A DNA stretch of 64,000 nucleotides from an uncultured bacterium (GTDB lineage Bacteria; Krumholzibacteriota; Krumholzibacteriia; JACNKJ01), in the NCBI GenBank assembly GCA_964344565.1, contig CAYFNT010000012.1, positions 30,648 to 94,647 on the forward strand, written 5' to 3'. Below are positions 27,450-36,668 of this stretch, piece by piece. Each line of letters begins with the position of its first letter. Positions within the stretch are counted from its first letter, which is position 1. The position numbers were made by a program, and so were the translations under genes. The notes under the pieces are model-generated. The model had not been told where the DNA came from and searched no databases. It saw only the letters and a list, made by a program, of their open reading frames with translations.

Positions 27450-28844
27450 ATGGCGGACTCCGATACCACGAAAAGCTCCGGCACATCCGCGCCGAGAGCC
27501 GCCCAGTACACCGAGGGGAGCGTGATCCGCTCGGTGCTGAACATGGGCTTTCCCTCCATGATCGGATTCGCCGCCACCAACGTCTACGACATCGTGGACA
27601 TGTTCTGGGTGGCCAAGCTCGGCGCATCCAGCGTGGCCGCCGTGACTCTCTTCTTCTCATTCTACTGGGTGATCAGCTCGGCCAACATGATCGCCGGGGC
27701 AGGATCCGTGGCGGTGATTTCGCGCCGTTTCGGCGAGGACGACATCCCCGGCACCGAAGCGGCCATCAAGGAATCGATCCTGCTCAAGCTGGGTCTCGCC
27801 TTGATCGTGGGCTTCGTGGGATACGGATTCCTCTGGCCCGTGCTCAGGCTATTGGGCGCGGAGGGCGAGATTCTGAGGCTCTCGGCCAGCTACGGCAGCG
27901 TGCAGCTCCTGGGCCTCGGCGTGAGCTTCTCGAGCTTCACCATCTACACGGCGCTCAGGAGCGTGGGAGAGCCGCGCAAGGCCATGGTGCTCATGATCGC
28001 GGGTGTGATCCTGAACATCGCCCTGGATCCCTTCCTCATCTTCGGCTGGGGGCCCTTCCCGCGGCTGGAAGTGGCCGGCGCGGCCTGGGCCTCGATCATC
28101 TCCTACGGCTTCACCTTCATCGCCGGCCTGTTCATGTTCTACGGCGGGTTCAGTTCCGTGCGCCTGCATCTGCGCGGGGCCGACCGCGTGAGGCTGAGCC
28201 GCATGATGCACATCCTGCGCATCGGCCTGCCCGCGGGCTTCAACAGCTTCTCCTTCTCACTCGGCCGCGCGGTGATCATGCCCATGGTGGCGGCCTTCGG
28301 CGCCAACGTGGTGGCGGTCTACGGCATGTCCATGCGGGTGACGGCTCTGGGCATCATGATCATCGTGGGCATGGGCCTCGGGCTCTCGGCCCTCATCGGC
28401 CAGAACCTCGGCGCCGGCAAGCCGGAGCGGGCCTGGGACACATCCATCGCCTCGATCCGCTTCCTTGTGGGCGTGACCAGCGTATTCTCGCTGATGGTGA
28501 TCCTGCTGGCGAGGCCCATCACCGGGGCCTTCTTCCAGGATACGGACATCCTCGCCATGGGCGTTCCCACCCTTCGCATCTTCGCCCTGGCCCTGCCCTT
28601 CGCCGCCCTGGGCATCACCTTCGACATTTCATGCAGCGGCGCGGGCGAGAACCGGGCGCCCATGCTCTTCTCGATGCTCCACACCTGGGTCCTGCAGATC
28701 CCCTTCATCCTCATCGCGACGAAACTGCTCGGGCTAGGTTATCAGAGCGTCTGGTGGGCCATGCTGCTTTCGGGCGTGATCGGACCGGGCTTCTTCTGGT
28801 TCACGTATTTCCGGAGAAGGACTTGGCTGGCGAGGAAGGTTTGA
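27450..28844 (+). CDS. MATE-family multidrug/oligosaccharidyl-lipid efflux transporter
   Basis: 464 aa with 12 predicted TM helices and a typical MATE N-terminus (IRSVLNMGFPSMIGFAATNVYDIVDMFWVAKLG). Confidence 0.85.
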   Translation: MADSDTTKSSGTSAPRAAQYTEGSVIRSVLNMGFPSMIGFAATNVYDIVDMFWVAKLGASSVAAVTLFFSFYWVISSANMIAGAGSVAVISRRFGEDDIPGTEAAIKESILLKLGLALIVGFVGYGFLWPVLRLLGAEGEILRLSASYGSVQLLGLGVSFSSFTIYTALRSVGEPRKAMVLMIAGVILNIALDPFLIFGWGPFPRLEVAGAAWASIISYGFTFIAGLFMFYGGFSSVRLHLRGADRVRLSRMMHILRIGLPAGFNSFSFSLGRAVIMPMVAAFGANVVAVYGMSMRVTALGIMIIVGMGLGLSALIGQNLGAGKPERAWDTSIASIRFLVGVTSVFSLMVILLARPITGAFFQDTDILAMGVPTLRIFALALPFAALGITFDISCSGAGENRAPMLFSMLHTWVLQIPFILIATKLLGLGYQSVWWAMLLSGVIGPGFFWFTYFRRRTWLARKV

Positions 28845-28849
28845 ATTAC

Positions 28850-28901
28850 GAACTGTGAACTATGAACTGTGAACTATGAACTGTGAACTATGAACTATGA
28901 A
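28850..28901 (+). repeat. Heptamer tandem repeat (GAACTRT)x7 immediately after the MATE stop codon
   Basis: GAACTGT GAACTAT alternating, 7 full copies from 28850 to 28898. It forms the left arm of a larger imperfect palindrome around the 28906-28928 hairpin. Confidence 0.8.
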
Positions 28902-28905
28902 TAAA

Positions 28906-28928
28906 CCCTCCTCGAATCTCGAGGAGGG
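28906..28928. terminator. Bidirectional rho-independent terminator between convergent MATE gene and hdr/kor operon
   Basis: Perfect 10-bp inverted repeat CCCTCCTCGA / TCGAGGAGGG. It is followed by TGTTTCGTT on the plus strand and TTTATTCATA on the minus strand. Confidence 0.65.
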
Positions 28929-28934
28929 TGTTTC

Positions 28935-28962
28935 GTTCTCAGTTCTCAGTTCTCAGTTCTAG
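28935..28962 (+). repeat. Heptamer tandem repeat (GTTCTCA)x4, inverted relative to the GAACTRT array
   Basis: GTTCTCA GTTCTCA GTTCTCA GTTCTAG. AGTTC is the reverse complement of GAACT in the upstream array. It overlaps the stop codon of the small Zn-ribbon ORF. Confidence 0.8.
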
Positions 28963-29087
28963 TCTTTTCCTTCAGGCAACGGCCTTACGCTATTGCTATG
29001 GCACTCCGGGCAGGACCTTTCCTTGGGCACCTTGGGGTCGTAGGGACCCTGGTACTTATGCCCGCAGCTCAGGCAGTGGAAGGTCAC
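28959..29087 (-). CDS. Small Zn-ribbon protein (FmdB-like CxxC...CxxC), 42-47 aa
   Basis: Hand-translated minus-strand ORF (V/M)TFHCLSCGHKYQGPYDPKVPKERSCPECHSNSVRPLPEGKD*. GTG start at 29087, or TTG at 29102 overlapping the hdrA-mvhD stop. High GC3. Too short for the ORF track. Confidence 0.35.
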   Translation of the reverse strand: MTFHCLSCGHKYQGPYDPKVPKERSCPECHSNSVRPLPEGKD

Positions 29088-29094
29088 GGTGGAC

Positions 29095-31590
29095 TCAGCC
29101 AATGGGCACCTCCTTCCCTTCACCCTGGCGACGCTCGAGGATCTTGGCGCGCTGTTTCTCCTTGCGGGCCGAAACCTTGCCCATTTCCTCGTCCAGGATG
29201 CGCTGGGTCTCCTCGATCTCCTCGAGGGTGACGAACTTGCGCATGCGGTCCAGGTCCTTCATCACCTTGGCGAACTTGCTTCCCTGGGCCGCGCTGATCC
29301 ACTCGAGCTGCAGGCGTTCGGGCCTGATGCCGAGCTTTTCGAGGCGGTTCCAGAGCTTCTCCACGCGTTTCTGCGTCCACTGCACCGCGTTGATGTAGTG
29401 GCAATCGGAGAAGTGGCAGCCGCTGACCAGCACCATGGACGATCCCTGGCGGAAGGCTTCGAGCACGAAGTCCTCGTCCACGCGACCCGAGCACATGGTG
29501 CGGATGAGCCGCGCATGGGCCGGATACTGGGAGCGATTGGTTCCGGCAAGGTCCGCGCCCGGATAGGAGCACCAGTTGCAGGCGAAGGTGACCACCTTCT
29601 CGTGGGCCTTCTCCGCGCAGATGGCTTCGATCTGAGCGTAGATCTGGTCATCGTCGTAGTGACGCATCTTGATGACGTCGGTGGGACACTCCGAGGCGCA
29701 GGTTCCGCAGCCGGCGCAGGCTGCTTCGATGACCTCGGGGAAGATCCCGCCCTTCTTGTCGGGCTTGGTGATGGCCCCGTAGGGGCAGACCGTGGCGCAG
29801 ATTCCGCACTGGGTGCAGTAGGTGTGATCGATCACCGAGGTGATGGCCTCGATGGTCACCTTCCCCGCATTCAGCAGAATGCTGGCCCGGCTCGAGGCCG
29901 CGCTGGCCTGCGTCACCGAGTCCTTCACGTCCTTGGGGAACTCGTTGCAGCCCGCGAAATAGACGCCGCGGCTAGGAGCGTCCACCGGCTTGAGCTTCGG
30001 GTGGCTCTCCATGTAGAAGCCGTCCGAGGTGTTCGAGAGATTCAGCAGCTTCTTGATGATGCCGCCGTCCCGCCGCGGGATGAGCCCCGTGGCCAGCACG
30101 ACCATGTCCAGTTCGTGCTTCTCGAGCTTGCCGGTGGTGGTGTTCTCCACGGTGATCTTGAGGTTGTTCGTTTCCGGATCCTCCTCGATGCCGCCGGGAA
30201 GACCGCGAACGTAACGCACGCCCTCGTCCTTGCTGCGCCGGTAGAGATCCTCGAATCCCTTGCCGAAGGCCCGAATGTCCATGTAGAACACCGAGCTCTC
30301 GCTGTCGGGATAGTGATCCGCCAGAAGCAGGGTGGACTTGACCGTGTTCATGCAGCAAATGTTGCTGCAGTAGGGATTTCCCTTGGGGGACAGGTCCCGC
30401 GAGCCCACGCACTGGATGAAGCCGATACGCTTGGGACGCTCCTTGTCCGAGGGTCGCATGAAGTGACCTTCGGTGGGGCCGCCCGCGCAGATCAGCCGTT
30501 CGAATTCCATCGAGGTGATGACGTTCGGGTAGCGCGTGTATCCGTATTCGTCGTACTCGGTGGGGTCGTAGACGTCCGCGCCGGTGGCCACGATGATCGC
30601 GCCCACCTCGACGTTGATGAACTCGTCCTCCATGTCGTAGTCGATGCAGCCCTTCTCGCAGACTTCCTTGCACTTGCCGCAGGCGATGGGATTGGTGCCC
30701 AGGCAGTTGTCCATGTCGATGAGGAAGGACGAGGGCACCGACTGCGGGAAGGGGATGTAGATAGCCTTCCGGCTGGAGAGACCCTCCTGATACTCGTCGG
30801 GAACGGCCACGGGACAGACCTCGACGCAATCGCCGCAGGCGGTGCACTCGGTCTCGTCCACGTACTTGGCCTTCTTGCGCACCGTCACGTGGAAATTGCC
30901 CACGAATCCGGTGACGTTTTCAACTTCGCTGCTGGTGAGGAGCTTGATCTTGGGATGCCGACCGACATCCATCATTTTGGGCCCCAGAATTCATATAGAG
31001 CAATCCATTGTGGGATAGGTCTTGTCCAACGCGGCCATGATCCCACCGATGCTCGCCTCCTTTTCCACCAGATAGACGTAGTGTCCCGCATCGGCCAGGT
31101 CGAGCGCGGACTGTATTCCCGCGACTCCCCCTCCAACGACCAGTGCGGCTTTCGTCACCGGAACTTCGGTCTCGATCTGAGGCTCCAGGAAGCGGGCCCG
31201 GGCCACGGATGAGGCGACCAGGTCCTTGGCCTTGGCGGTGGCCTCGCCTTTCTGCCCCGAGTGCACCCAACTCACGTGTTCGCGGATGTTCGCCATCTCC
31301 AGGAGGTAGGGGTTCAGTCCCGCCTCCTTCAGGCAATTCCGGAACGTGGGCTCGTGGATCTTCGGGGTGCAGGAGGCCACGACGACGCGATTGAGCTTGT
31401 GCTCGTGCACCGCCTTGATGATCTCCATCTGCCCGGGATCCGCGCAGGTGTACTTGTTTCCCACCACCGCCACCACATCGGGCAGGGTTGCCGCGAATTT
31501 CGCGACCTCCGCCGTGTCGACCGTGCCGGCGATGTTCTTTCCGCAATCGCAGACGAACACGCCGATGCGAAGGTCCTGCGGTTTTACCAT
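29095..31590 (-). CDS. hdrA: Heterodisulfide reductase subunit A (HdrA) fused to a C-terminal MvhD/FlpD domain; candidate selenoprotein with in-frame UGA (30993-30991) decoded as Sec
   Basis: ORFs 30991..31590 and 29095..30975 are collinear. They are separated only by TGA plus 15 nt in the same frame: ...[12 protein letters not shown][UGA][18 protein letters not shown]. This aligns with the canonical HdrA ...FPT.DCSMCILAPKMV..GRHPNIKL, with the UGA exactly at the second Cys of the redox CxxC. The N-terminal 4Fe-4S domain ([12 protein letters not shown]) and FAD site ([20 protein letters not shown]) are present. The C-terminal 140 aa are an MvhD domain ([15 protein letters not shown]...[10 protein letters not shown]). 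Confidence 0.75.
30953..30970 (-). ncRNA. Candidate bacterial SECIS-like hairpin about 23 nt downstream of the hdrA UGA
   Basis: mRNA GGAUG-UCGGUCGG-CAUCC: a 5-bp stem with an 8-nt loop containing GGU, beginning 23 nt 3' of the UGA. The position is compatible with a SelB-binding SECIS, but it is weakly defined. Confidence 0.25.
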
Positions 31591-32735
31591 GAACCATTAC
31601 CTCCATCGATGGACTCGGCCACCACCGTGGCGAAGTCGCGGATTTGGAGACTGCTCAATCGATCATCCTTTTCGCTGGCCTGGGCGCAGCGCAAATGAAT
31701 CTGGCATTTGGGACAGGCCGTGACGAGGGTCTCGGCCCCCGCGTCGGCCGCCTCGCGGAGACGCTCGGTCTGGATGCGCTTGGACACCGCGTTGCAGTGC
31801 ATCCAGCCTGAGGTGCCGCAGCAGACGCTGTCCTTTCCGTGATGCTCCATCTCGTGGAAACTCTCGCCGAAGATCTCGCCGAGGGCCGCCCGGGGCGCTT
31901 CGTATTCGCCCAGGTGCCGGCTGAGACGACAGGGATCCTGGAATGTCACCTCGCCCTTCAGGCCGCCGAATTCCACCCCACCATTCTCGCCCTTCCGCGC
32001 GAGGTATTCGGAGAGGTGAAGCGCCTCGTAGGGCACCTCGCCGGCGAGTTTCGGGTAGATCTCCCGCAGCATGAAGACGCATTCGGGACAGGACGAGACC
32101 ACCGTCTTCGCGCCGGCGGCCGCGATCTTCTCCACGTTCTTACTGGCGAGCCGGGCCGCGCTCCTCTCGTCGCCGCTCCAGTACAGGTCATGGCCGCAGC
32201 AGAGCTCGTCGGGCAGCAGCACGGGCTCTTCGCCCAGGGCATTGAGCACGCGGAGGGTGTCCTTGCCGATGCGCTGGGTGTCGGTGCCCAGATGCGTGTA
32301 GTAGCTGTCGTAATAGGGGAGGCAGCCGGTGAAGTAGAGCAGCTCGCCCTCGCCGGCCGTCTTCGCCTCCTCGGGCACCCATCCCAGGCGCTTCTGCTCG
32401 CGGCCGTTCTGGCTCATGATGCGCATCATGTGCTGGAAGACCGCGCCGTGGCTGCAGGCAGGGTCCGCGCCGTCGGCGCGCAATACCTCGCGTCCCTTGC
32501 GGGTGAACTGGGAATAGTCCACTTCTGAGGGACAGACCAGGCTGCAGAGCATGCAGGTGAGGCAGAGGTTGAACTTGGCCGGGGCCTGTCCTTCCGGGGC
32601 ATGCACCGCATGGGTCACCACCATGCGCGGCGAGAACTCCTCGTCGTATCGGGAGACGGGGCAGACGCCCGTGCACTTGCCGCAGTCCTGACAGAGCGTG
32701 GCATGAGTCTCGCGGAGGGCTTCCCTGAGGATCAT
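31584..32735 (-). CDS. HdrD-like Fe-S oxidoreductase (HdrC-type 2x[4Fe-4S] plus two HdrB-type CCG domains)
   Basis: The real start is ATG 32735 ([21 protein letters not shown]); the 511-aa ORF-track version carries a spurious N-terminal extension. Motifs [12 protein letters not shown] and [12 protein letters not shown] (ferredoxin), then LCCGHDLYW and VCCGTSGW (CCG domains). The stop overlaps the hdrA start (ATGGTAA). Confidence 0.75.
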   Translation of the reverse strand: MILREALRETHATLCQDCGKCTGVCPVSRYDEEFSPRMVVTHAVHAPEGQAPAKFNLCLTCMLCSLVCPSEVDYSQFTRKGREVLRADGADPACSHGAVFQHMMRIMSQNGREQKRLGWVPEEAKTAGEGELLYFTGCLPYYDSYYTHLGTDTQRIGKDTLRVLNALGEEPVLLPDELCCGHDLYWSGDERSAARLASKNVEKIAAAGAKTVVSSCPECVFMLREIYPKLAGEVPYEALHLSEYLARKGENGGVEFGGLKGEVTFQDPCRLSRHLGEYEAPRAALGEIFGESFHEMEHHGKDSVCCGTSGWMHCNAVSKRIQTERLREAADAGAETLVTACPKCQIHLRCAQASEKDDRLSSLQIRDFATVVAESIDGGNGSW

Positions 32736-33172
32736 CACTTCACCTCCGTGAGCTGGGGGACGGCTCCGATGGGGCCGCGAGGTCCGCTGGCTTCGAGCTG
32801 ATCGCGGAACTCCTGGACCGTTTCGAGGATCCGATCCGCCTTTCCCGGAGGGAAGAAGCGCACCCTGAAACGACTGGATTCCACACCGAGCATGTCCAGC
32901 ATGGGATCCACCCGACCGATGGTGTTCTCGAGCATCGCCGTGCCCGTGCCGTAGTGGCAGTCGCCCTCCTCGCAGGCCGCGATGAAGACGCCGTCGGCGC
33001 CCGACTCGAAAGCCTGCAGCACGAAGGAGGGATGGATGCGCCCCGTGCAAAGACTGCGGAGCACCGCGCTGCCCTCGGGCAGTTCGCGCTCCTCCTCCAG
33101 ACCCAAGGGGAAGCACCACTTGCAGGAGAAGATCATGAGGCGAGGTTTCCAGTTGCCTTCGATGGTTTTCAT
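32735..33172 (-). CDS. mvhD: MvhD/FlpD-like (methyl-viologen-reducing hydrogenase delta subunit family) small Fe-S protein
   Basis: The real start is ATG 33172 (MKTIEGNWKPRLMIFSCKWCFPLG..., SD GGAGGTGA). It shows the MvhD signature with conserved Cys (CKWC...CTGRI...ACEEGDCHY). ATGA overlap with the downstream gene. Confidence 0.7.
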   Translation of the reverse strand: MKTIEGNWKPRLMIFSCKWCFPLGLEEERELPEGSAVLRSLCTGRIHPSFVLQAFESGADGVFIAACEEGDCHYGTGTAMLENTIGRVDPMLDMLGVESSRFRVRFFPPGKADRILETVQEFRDQLEASGPRGPIGAVPQLTEVK

Positions 33173-35169
33173 GAGCTCACCTCCACGCTCTCCCTGAGAA
33201 GGGCGTCGATCTCCCGGCGGACGAAGTCGTTCCGGAAGTATCCCGGAACCATGGCCTGGGTGGGACAGAGGGGCACGCAGTTTCCGCATCCCTTGCAGCG
33301 GTCCGCGAGCACCCTCGCCACCTGGACGTCCTCGCCCCGGTGCTCCATGATGATGGCCTCGTAGTCGCAGCCCTTTAGGCAGTCCTCGCAGCCGCGGCAG
33401 AGCTTCTCGTTCACCTGGCAGACCAGGCTCGAGAGCTTCATGCCCAGGCGTTCGACCACCTTCTTGCCTTCGCGCCGGCTCTTCCATTCCAGAGCCACCG
33501 GTTCGGGAAGGAGGGGGAGCGGGAACTGCTCGTCGTTGTCGGGAATGCGCAGGAAGAGCGGCACGCTGTGCTCGCTCTCATCGAAGGAGAGCAGGCCGAT
33601 GCGGTAGCGGCAATCGCCCGCGCAGGTCTGGCACTCGTCGCAGGGCCCGCAGCGGAGGCAGCGTCCGGCTTCGGCCACCGCCATGTCCTGGGCGAAACCG
33701 AGTTCGACCTCGTCGAAACCGCCTCGCTTCTCCACCGGCAGTTCGGGTTGCACGGCCCGCCTGCGCTCGGAGGGCAGGGGAGGCTGCACGCCCACCTCGA
33801 TGGGACGGGAGGATTCGTCGCCGAAGGCGCGCCCCTCCAGCCAGGCGTGGGCGGCCTTGGCGGCGCGGTGCCCCTGGGCGATGGCGCCGATGACCGTGTC
33901 GGGTCCCAGCACCAGGTCGCCCGCGGCGAAGACGCCTTCCACGTCGGTCATGAGGCTCGCGGAATCGGCCTCGAGGGTGCCCCAGCCGCTTTTCTTGAAG
34001 GGCAGGTCCTCGGGCAGCAGGTCGAGGTTGGCTTCCTGGCTGATGGCCGGAACGATGAGGTCGGCCTCCACCGTGAAGGTGTCGTCCTTGATGGGCACGG
34101 GACGGCGGCGTCCGCTCTCGTCGGGCTCGCCCAGTTCCATGCGCTGGCAGAGAAGCCCCGTGACCTTGCCCTTCTTGCCGACCACTTCCAGCGGTCCGGC
34201 CAGGAAGGTGAAGGTGACGCCCTCGTTCTCGGCCTCGACCACCTCCTCGGGCACGGCGGGCATCTCATCCTTGGTGCGCCGGTAGACCACCTCGACCTTC
34301 TCGAAGCCGAGGCGGCGGGCGGTGCGGGCCGCGTCCATGGCGCTCATGCCGCCGCCCACGACGATCAGGCTCTTCCCCTTTGGAATGGCCTTGCCGCGGC
34401 TGGCCATACGCAGGAAGGTGAGGCAGTCGAAGACGCCCGAGTTCTCCCGCTCGCCGGGCACGTTCATCTTCTTGCCCAGGGCGGCGCCCAGGGCGAGGAT
34501 GACGGCGGCGTAGCCTTCGTCGCGGATTTCTTCCAGGGTGATGTCCTTGCCCACGCGCAGGCCGGTCTTGATCTCCACGCCCAGGGATTCGATGTGGGCG
34601 ACTTCGCCCGCCACGATCTCGCGGGGCAGGCGGAAGGAGGGGATGCACTGAACGAGCATGCCGCCGGCGGTCTCGTCGGACTCGTAGACCGTGACGCCGT
34701 AGCCCAGGTGAGCCAGGTCGAAGGCCGCGGCCAGTCCGGCCGGACCCGCGCCGATGACGGCCACCTTCTCCGGTCTGCTACCGGCCACGCGCGCCGGCGC
34801 CGGACCCGGATTGTCCAGCTCCCAGTCGGCCACGAAGCGCTTGAGCAGCCGGATGGCCAGGGGGTCGTCCAGGTCGCTGCGTCGGCAGTTCAGTTCGCAG
34901 GGATGGGTGCAGACGCGTCCGCAGATGCCGGGCAGGGGACAGTCCTTGCGCACGAGTTCCACCGCCTCGCGGAACTTGCCGTCGGCGATGAGGCCCACGT
35001 AGCCCTTCACGTTCACGCCGGCCGGACAGGCCGCGTGGCAGGGGGAGGCGTCGATGCGCTGGAGCAGGCGGGGACCGTAGCGTCCTCCCAGATCCATTTG
35101 GATACCGCCCGTTTCCAGGGCCTGCCAGAAACTCTCCGGGAATCCCGATTTCCAGAGGGGCTTGACCAA
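33169..35169 (-). CDS. GltD/NfnB/SudA-like NAD(P)H:acceptor oxidoreductase (FAD/NAD binding, N-terminal 2x[4Fe-4S]) with C-terminal ferredoxin-like extension
   Basis: TTG start 35169 with SD GGAGGA 6 nt upstream. N-terminal CHAACPAGVN...CPLPGICGRVCTHPCELNC. Two Rossmann motifs (VAVIGAGPAGLAAA, LIVVGGGMSAMDAA). C-terminal CLRCGPCDECQTCAGDC and CRGCEDC...CKGCGNCVPLCP. Confidence 0.75.
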   Translation of the reverse strand: MVKPLWKSGFPESFWQALETGGIQMDLGGRYGPRLLQRIDASPCHAACPAGVNVKGYVGLIADGKFREAVELVRKDCPLPGICGRVCTHPCELNCRRSDLDDPLAIRLLKRFVADWELDNPGPAPARVAGSRPEKVAVIGAGPAGLAAAFDLAHLGYGVTVYESDETAGGMLVQCIPSFRLPREIVAGEVAHIESLGVEIKTGLRVGKDITLEEIRDEGYAAVILALGAALGKKMNVPGERENSGVFDCLTFLRMASRGKAIPKGKSLIVVGGGMSAMDAARTARRLGFEKVEVVYRRTKDEMPAVPEEVVEAENEGVTFTFLAGPLEVVGKKGKVTGLLCQRMELGEPDESGRRRPVPIKDDTFTVEADLIVPAISQEANLDLLPEDLPFKKSGWGTLEADSASLMTDVEGVFAAGDLVLGPDTVIGAIAQGHRAAKAAHAWLEGRAFGDESSRPIEVGVQPPLPSERRRAVQPELPVEKRGGFDEVELGFAQDMAVAEAGRCLRCGPCDECQTCAGDCRYRIGLLSFDESEHSVPLFLRIPDNDEQFPLPLLPEPVALEWKSRREGKKVVERLGMKLSSLVCQVNEKLCRGCEDCLKGCDYEAIIMEHRGEDVQVARVLADRCKGCGNCVPLCPTQAMVPGYFRNDFVRREIDALLRESVEVSS

Positions 35170-35206
35170 GCTTCCTCCTCAGGCGGCCGGCCGGGCCGGC
35201 GCGATT

Positions 35207-35758
35207 CTAGCCCACGGGGGCCAGGAGTTTTTGTCCTTCCTCGAAGCCCGTCGCGAAGGCCTTGAGGTTGAGTTCGATGGTGCTTCCGGGCACCGAGCTC
35301 TCCACCGCTTTCTCCACCGCTTCCCGGTCGACGATGCCCGTCACGGCCGTGGTGAATCCCACCACGACGATGTTCTGGACGATGCGGTTGCCCAGTTCCT
35401 CGGCCAGTCGCGCCGCCTGAATGCCGTAGGCGTTCACTTCCGGACGATCGTGGGGGCTCACCAGGTCGCTGTCGTAGACGAGGATCGCGCCGTCCTTGAG
35501 CTCGTCGGCGTACTTTTCGTAACCCTCGCGACTCAGCGCGATGAGCACGTCGGTGCCGGTGAGATAGGGATAGGCGATGAACTCGTCGTCGACGACCAGG
35601 GCCGAGGCGCAGGCGCTGCCTCGAGCTTCGGGGCCGAAACTCTGCGTCATGGTCGAGTGGATGTTGCCGAAGATGGCCGCCGCCTTGCCGAAGATGTATC
35701 CGGTCAGAATGACGCCCTGGCCGCCGTAGCCGGTGATGCGAATCTCCGTCCTAGGCAT
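35207..35758 (-). CDS. 2-oxoacid:ferredoxin oxidoreductase gamma subunit
   Basis: Start ATG 35758 (MPRTEIRITGYGGQGVILTGYIFG, SD AAGGAGGA); the listed 205-aa ORF has a spurious extension. POR/KOR gamma family. Confidence 0.8.
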   Translation of the reverse strand: MPRTEIRITGYGGQGVILTGYIFGKAAAIFGNIHSTMTQSFGPEARGSACASALVVDDEFIAYPYLTGTDVLIALSREGYEKYADELKDGAILVYDSDLVSPHDRPEVNAYGIQAARLAEELGNRIVQNIVVVGFTTAVTGIVDREAVEKAVESSVPGSTIELNLKAFATGFEEGQKLLAPVG

Positions 35759-36668
35759 GGAGCTCCTCCTTGCACATTTCGCAGGCTTCCTCGTGGAGGT
35801 AGTACTTCTCGCCGAGCGTGGCATCGTGCTGCTCCATGCTCTTCATCCTCCAGGTGGGACGATCCCGGTCGACGAATCTGCCCACCGTGATCTTGTTCTG
35901 ATAGCCGATGTCGATCTCCCGCGGATCGGCTCCGTGCTGGATCTCGGCGTTGTCGTGGTAGAAACGCATGAGATCGTAGCCGCTGCCCAGCTTGTTGCGT
36001 CGCGCGTAGAGCGTGGAGCAGGGCGCGATGGCCTCCACGAAGCTGAAGCCCGGCTTGAGCAGGGCCTCCTTCAGGGAGTCGGTCAGTCGCCGCACGTGCA
36101 GGGAGGTCCAGCGCGCCACGTAGGTGGCGCCGCAGGCTTCCATGAGGTGGGGAAGGTTGAAGGGCTGCTCGTAGGCTCCGTGGGGAGTCGTCGAGGTGTT
36201 GGCCGTATGGGGCGTGGTGGGGGCCACCTGCCCGCCGGTCATGCCGTAGATGAAGTTGTTCACGCAGACCACGGTGATGTCCATGTTCCGCCGGGCGGCG
36301 TGGATGATGTGATTGCCGCCGATGGCGAAGAGGTCGCCGTCGCCGCTGAAGACCACGACCTTGAGCTTGGGGTTGGCCAGCTTCAGGCCCGTGGCGAAGG
36401 GGATGGCCCTGCCGTGGGTGGTGTGATAGCTGTCCAGCTTCACGTAGCCCGCCACGCGGCCCGTGCAGCCGATGCCCGAGACGATGGCCACGTCGTCGTA
36501 GTCGATGCCGGCCTTGTCGATGGCCTCGGCGAAGCACTTCACCACGGTGCCGATGCCGCAGGTGGCGCACCAGATGTGCGGCAGCCGGTCGGCCCTCAGC
36601 AGGTGATCCATGGGGTGGCGATCTTCCTCCACCGCGTCGTAGCAGGCGTCAATCGTCTTCTCGCTCAT
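35751..36668 (-). CDS. 2-oxoacid:ferredoxin oxidoreductase beta subunit (TPP-binding)
   Basis: Start ATG 36668 ([13 protein letters not shown]). The 661-aa ORF-track version is an extension through the alpha gene in another frame. Motifs WCATCGIG, GIGCTGRV and FSGDGDLFAIGGNH (TPP-binding). Confidence 0.85.
   Translation of the reverse strand: MSEKTIDACYDAVEEDRHPMDHLLRADRLPHIWCATCGIGTVVKCFAEAIDKAGIDYDDVAIVSGIGCTGRVAGYVKLDSYHTTHGRAIPFATGLKLANPKLKVVVFSGDGDLFAIGGNHIIHAARRNMDITVVCVNNFIYGMTGGQVAPTTPHTANTSTTPHGAYEQPFNLPHLMEACGATYVARWTSLHVRRLTDSLKEALLKPGFSFVEAIAPCSTLYARRNKLGSGYDLMRFYHDNAEIQHGADPREIDIGYQNKITVGRFVDRDRPTWRMKSMEQHDATLGEKYYLHEEACEMCKEELHA

Noticed and set aside
28850-28962. CRISPR array
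   Set aside because: The repeats are only 7 nt, directly tandem without spacers, and no cas genes are present. They are better described as satellite heptamers flanking a terminator.
30976-30993. Interpreting the hdrA interruption as a pseudogene or two separate genes
   Set aside because: Same frame on both sides. There is exact colinearity with the uninterrupted HdrA motif, and the UGA sits at the conserved Cys position. Selenocysteine recoding is the more economical explanation.
29089-31212. 707-aa plus-strand ORF across the hdrA region, and similar long ORFs over the kor genes (35733..36797, 36710..37819)
   Set aside because: They are antisense to genes with unambiguous Fe-S and TPP motifs.
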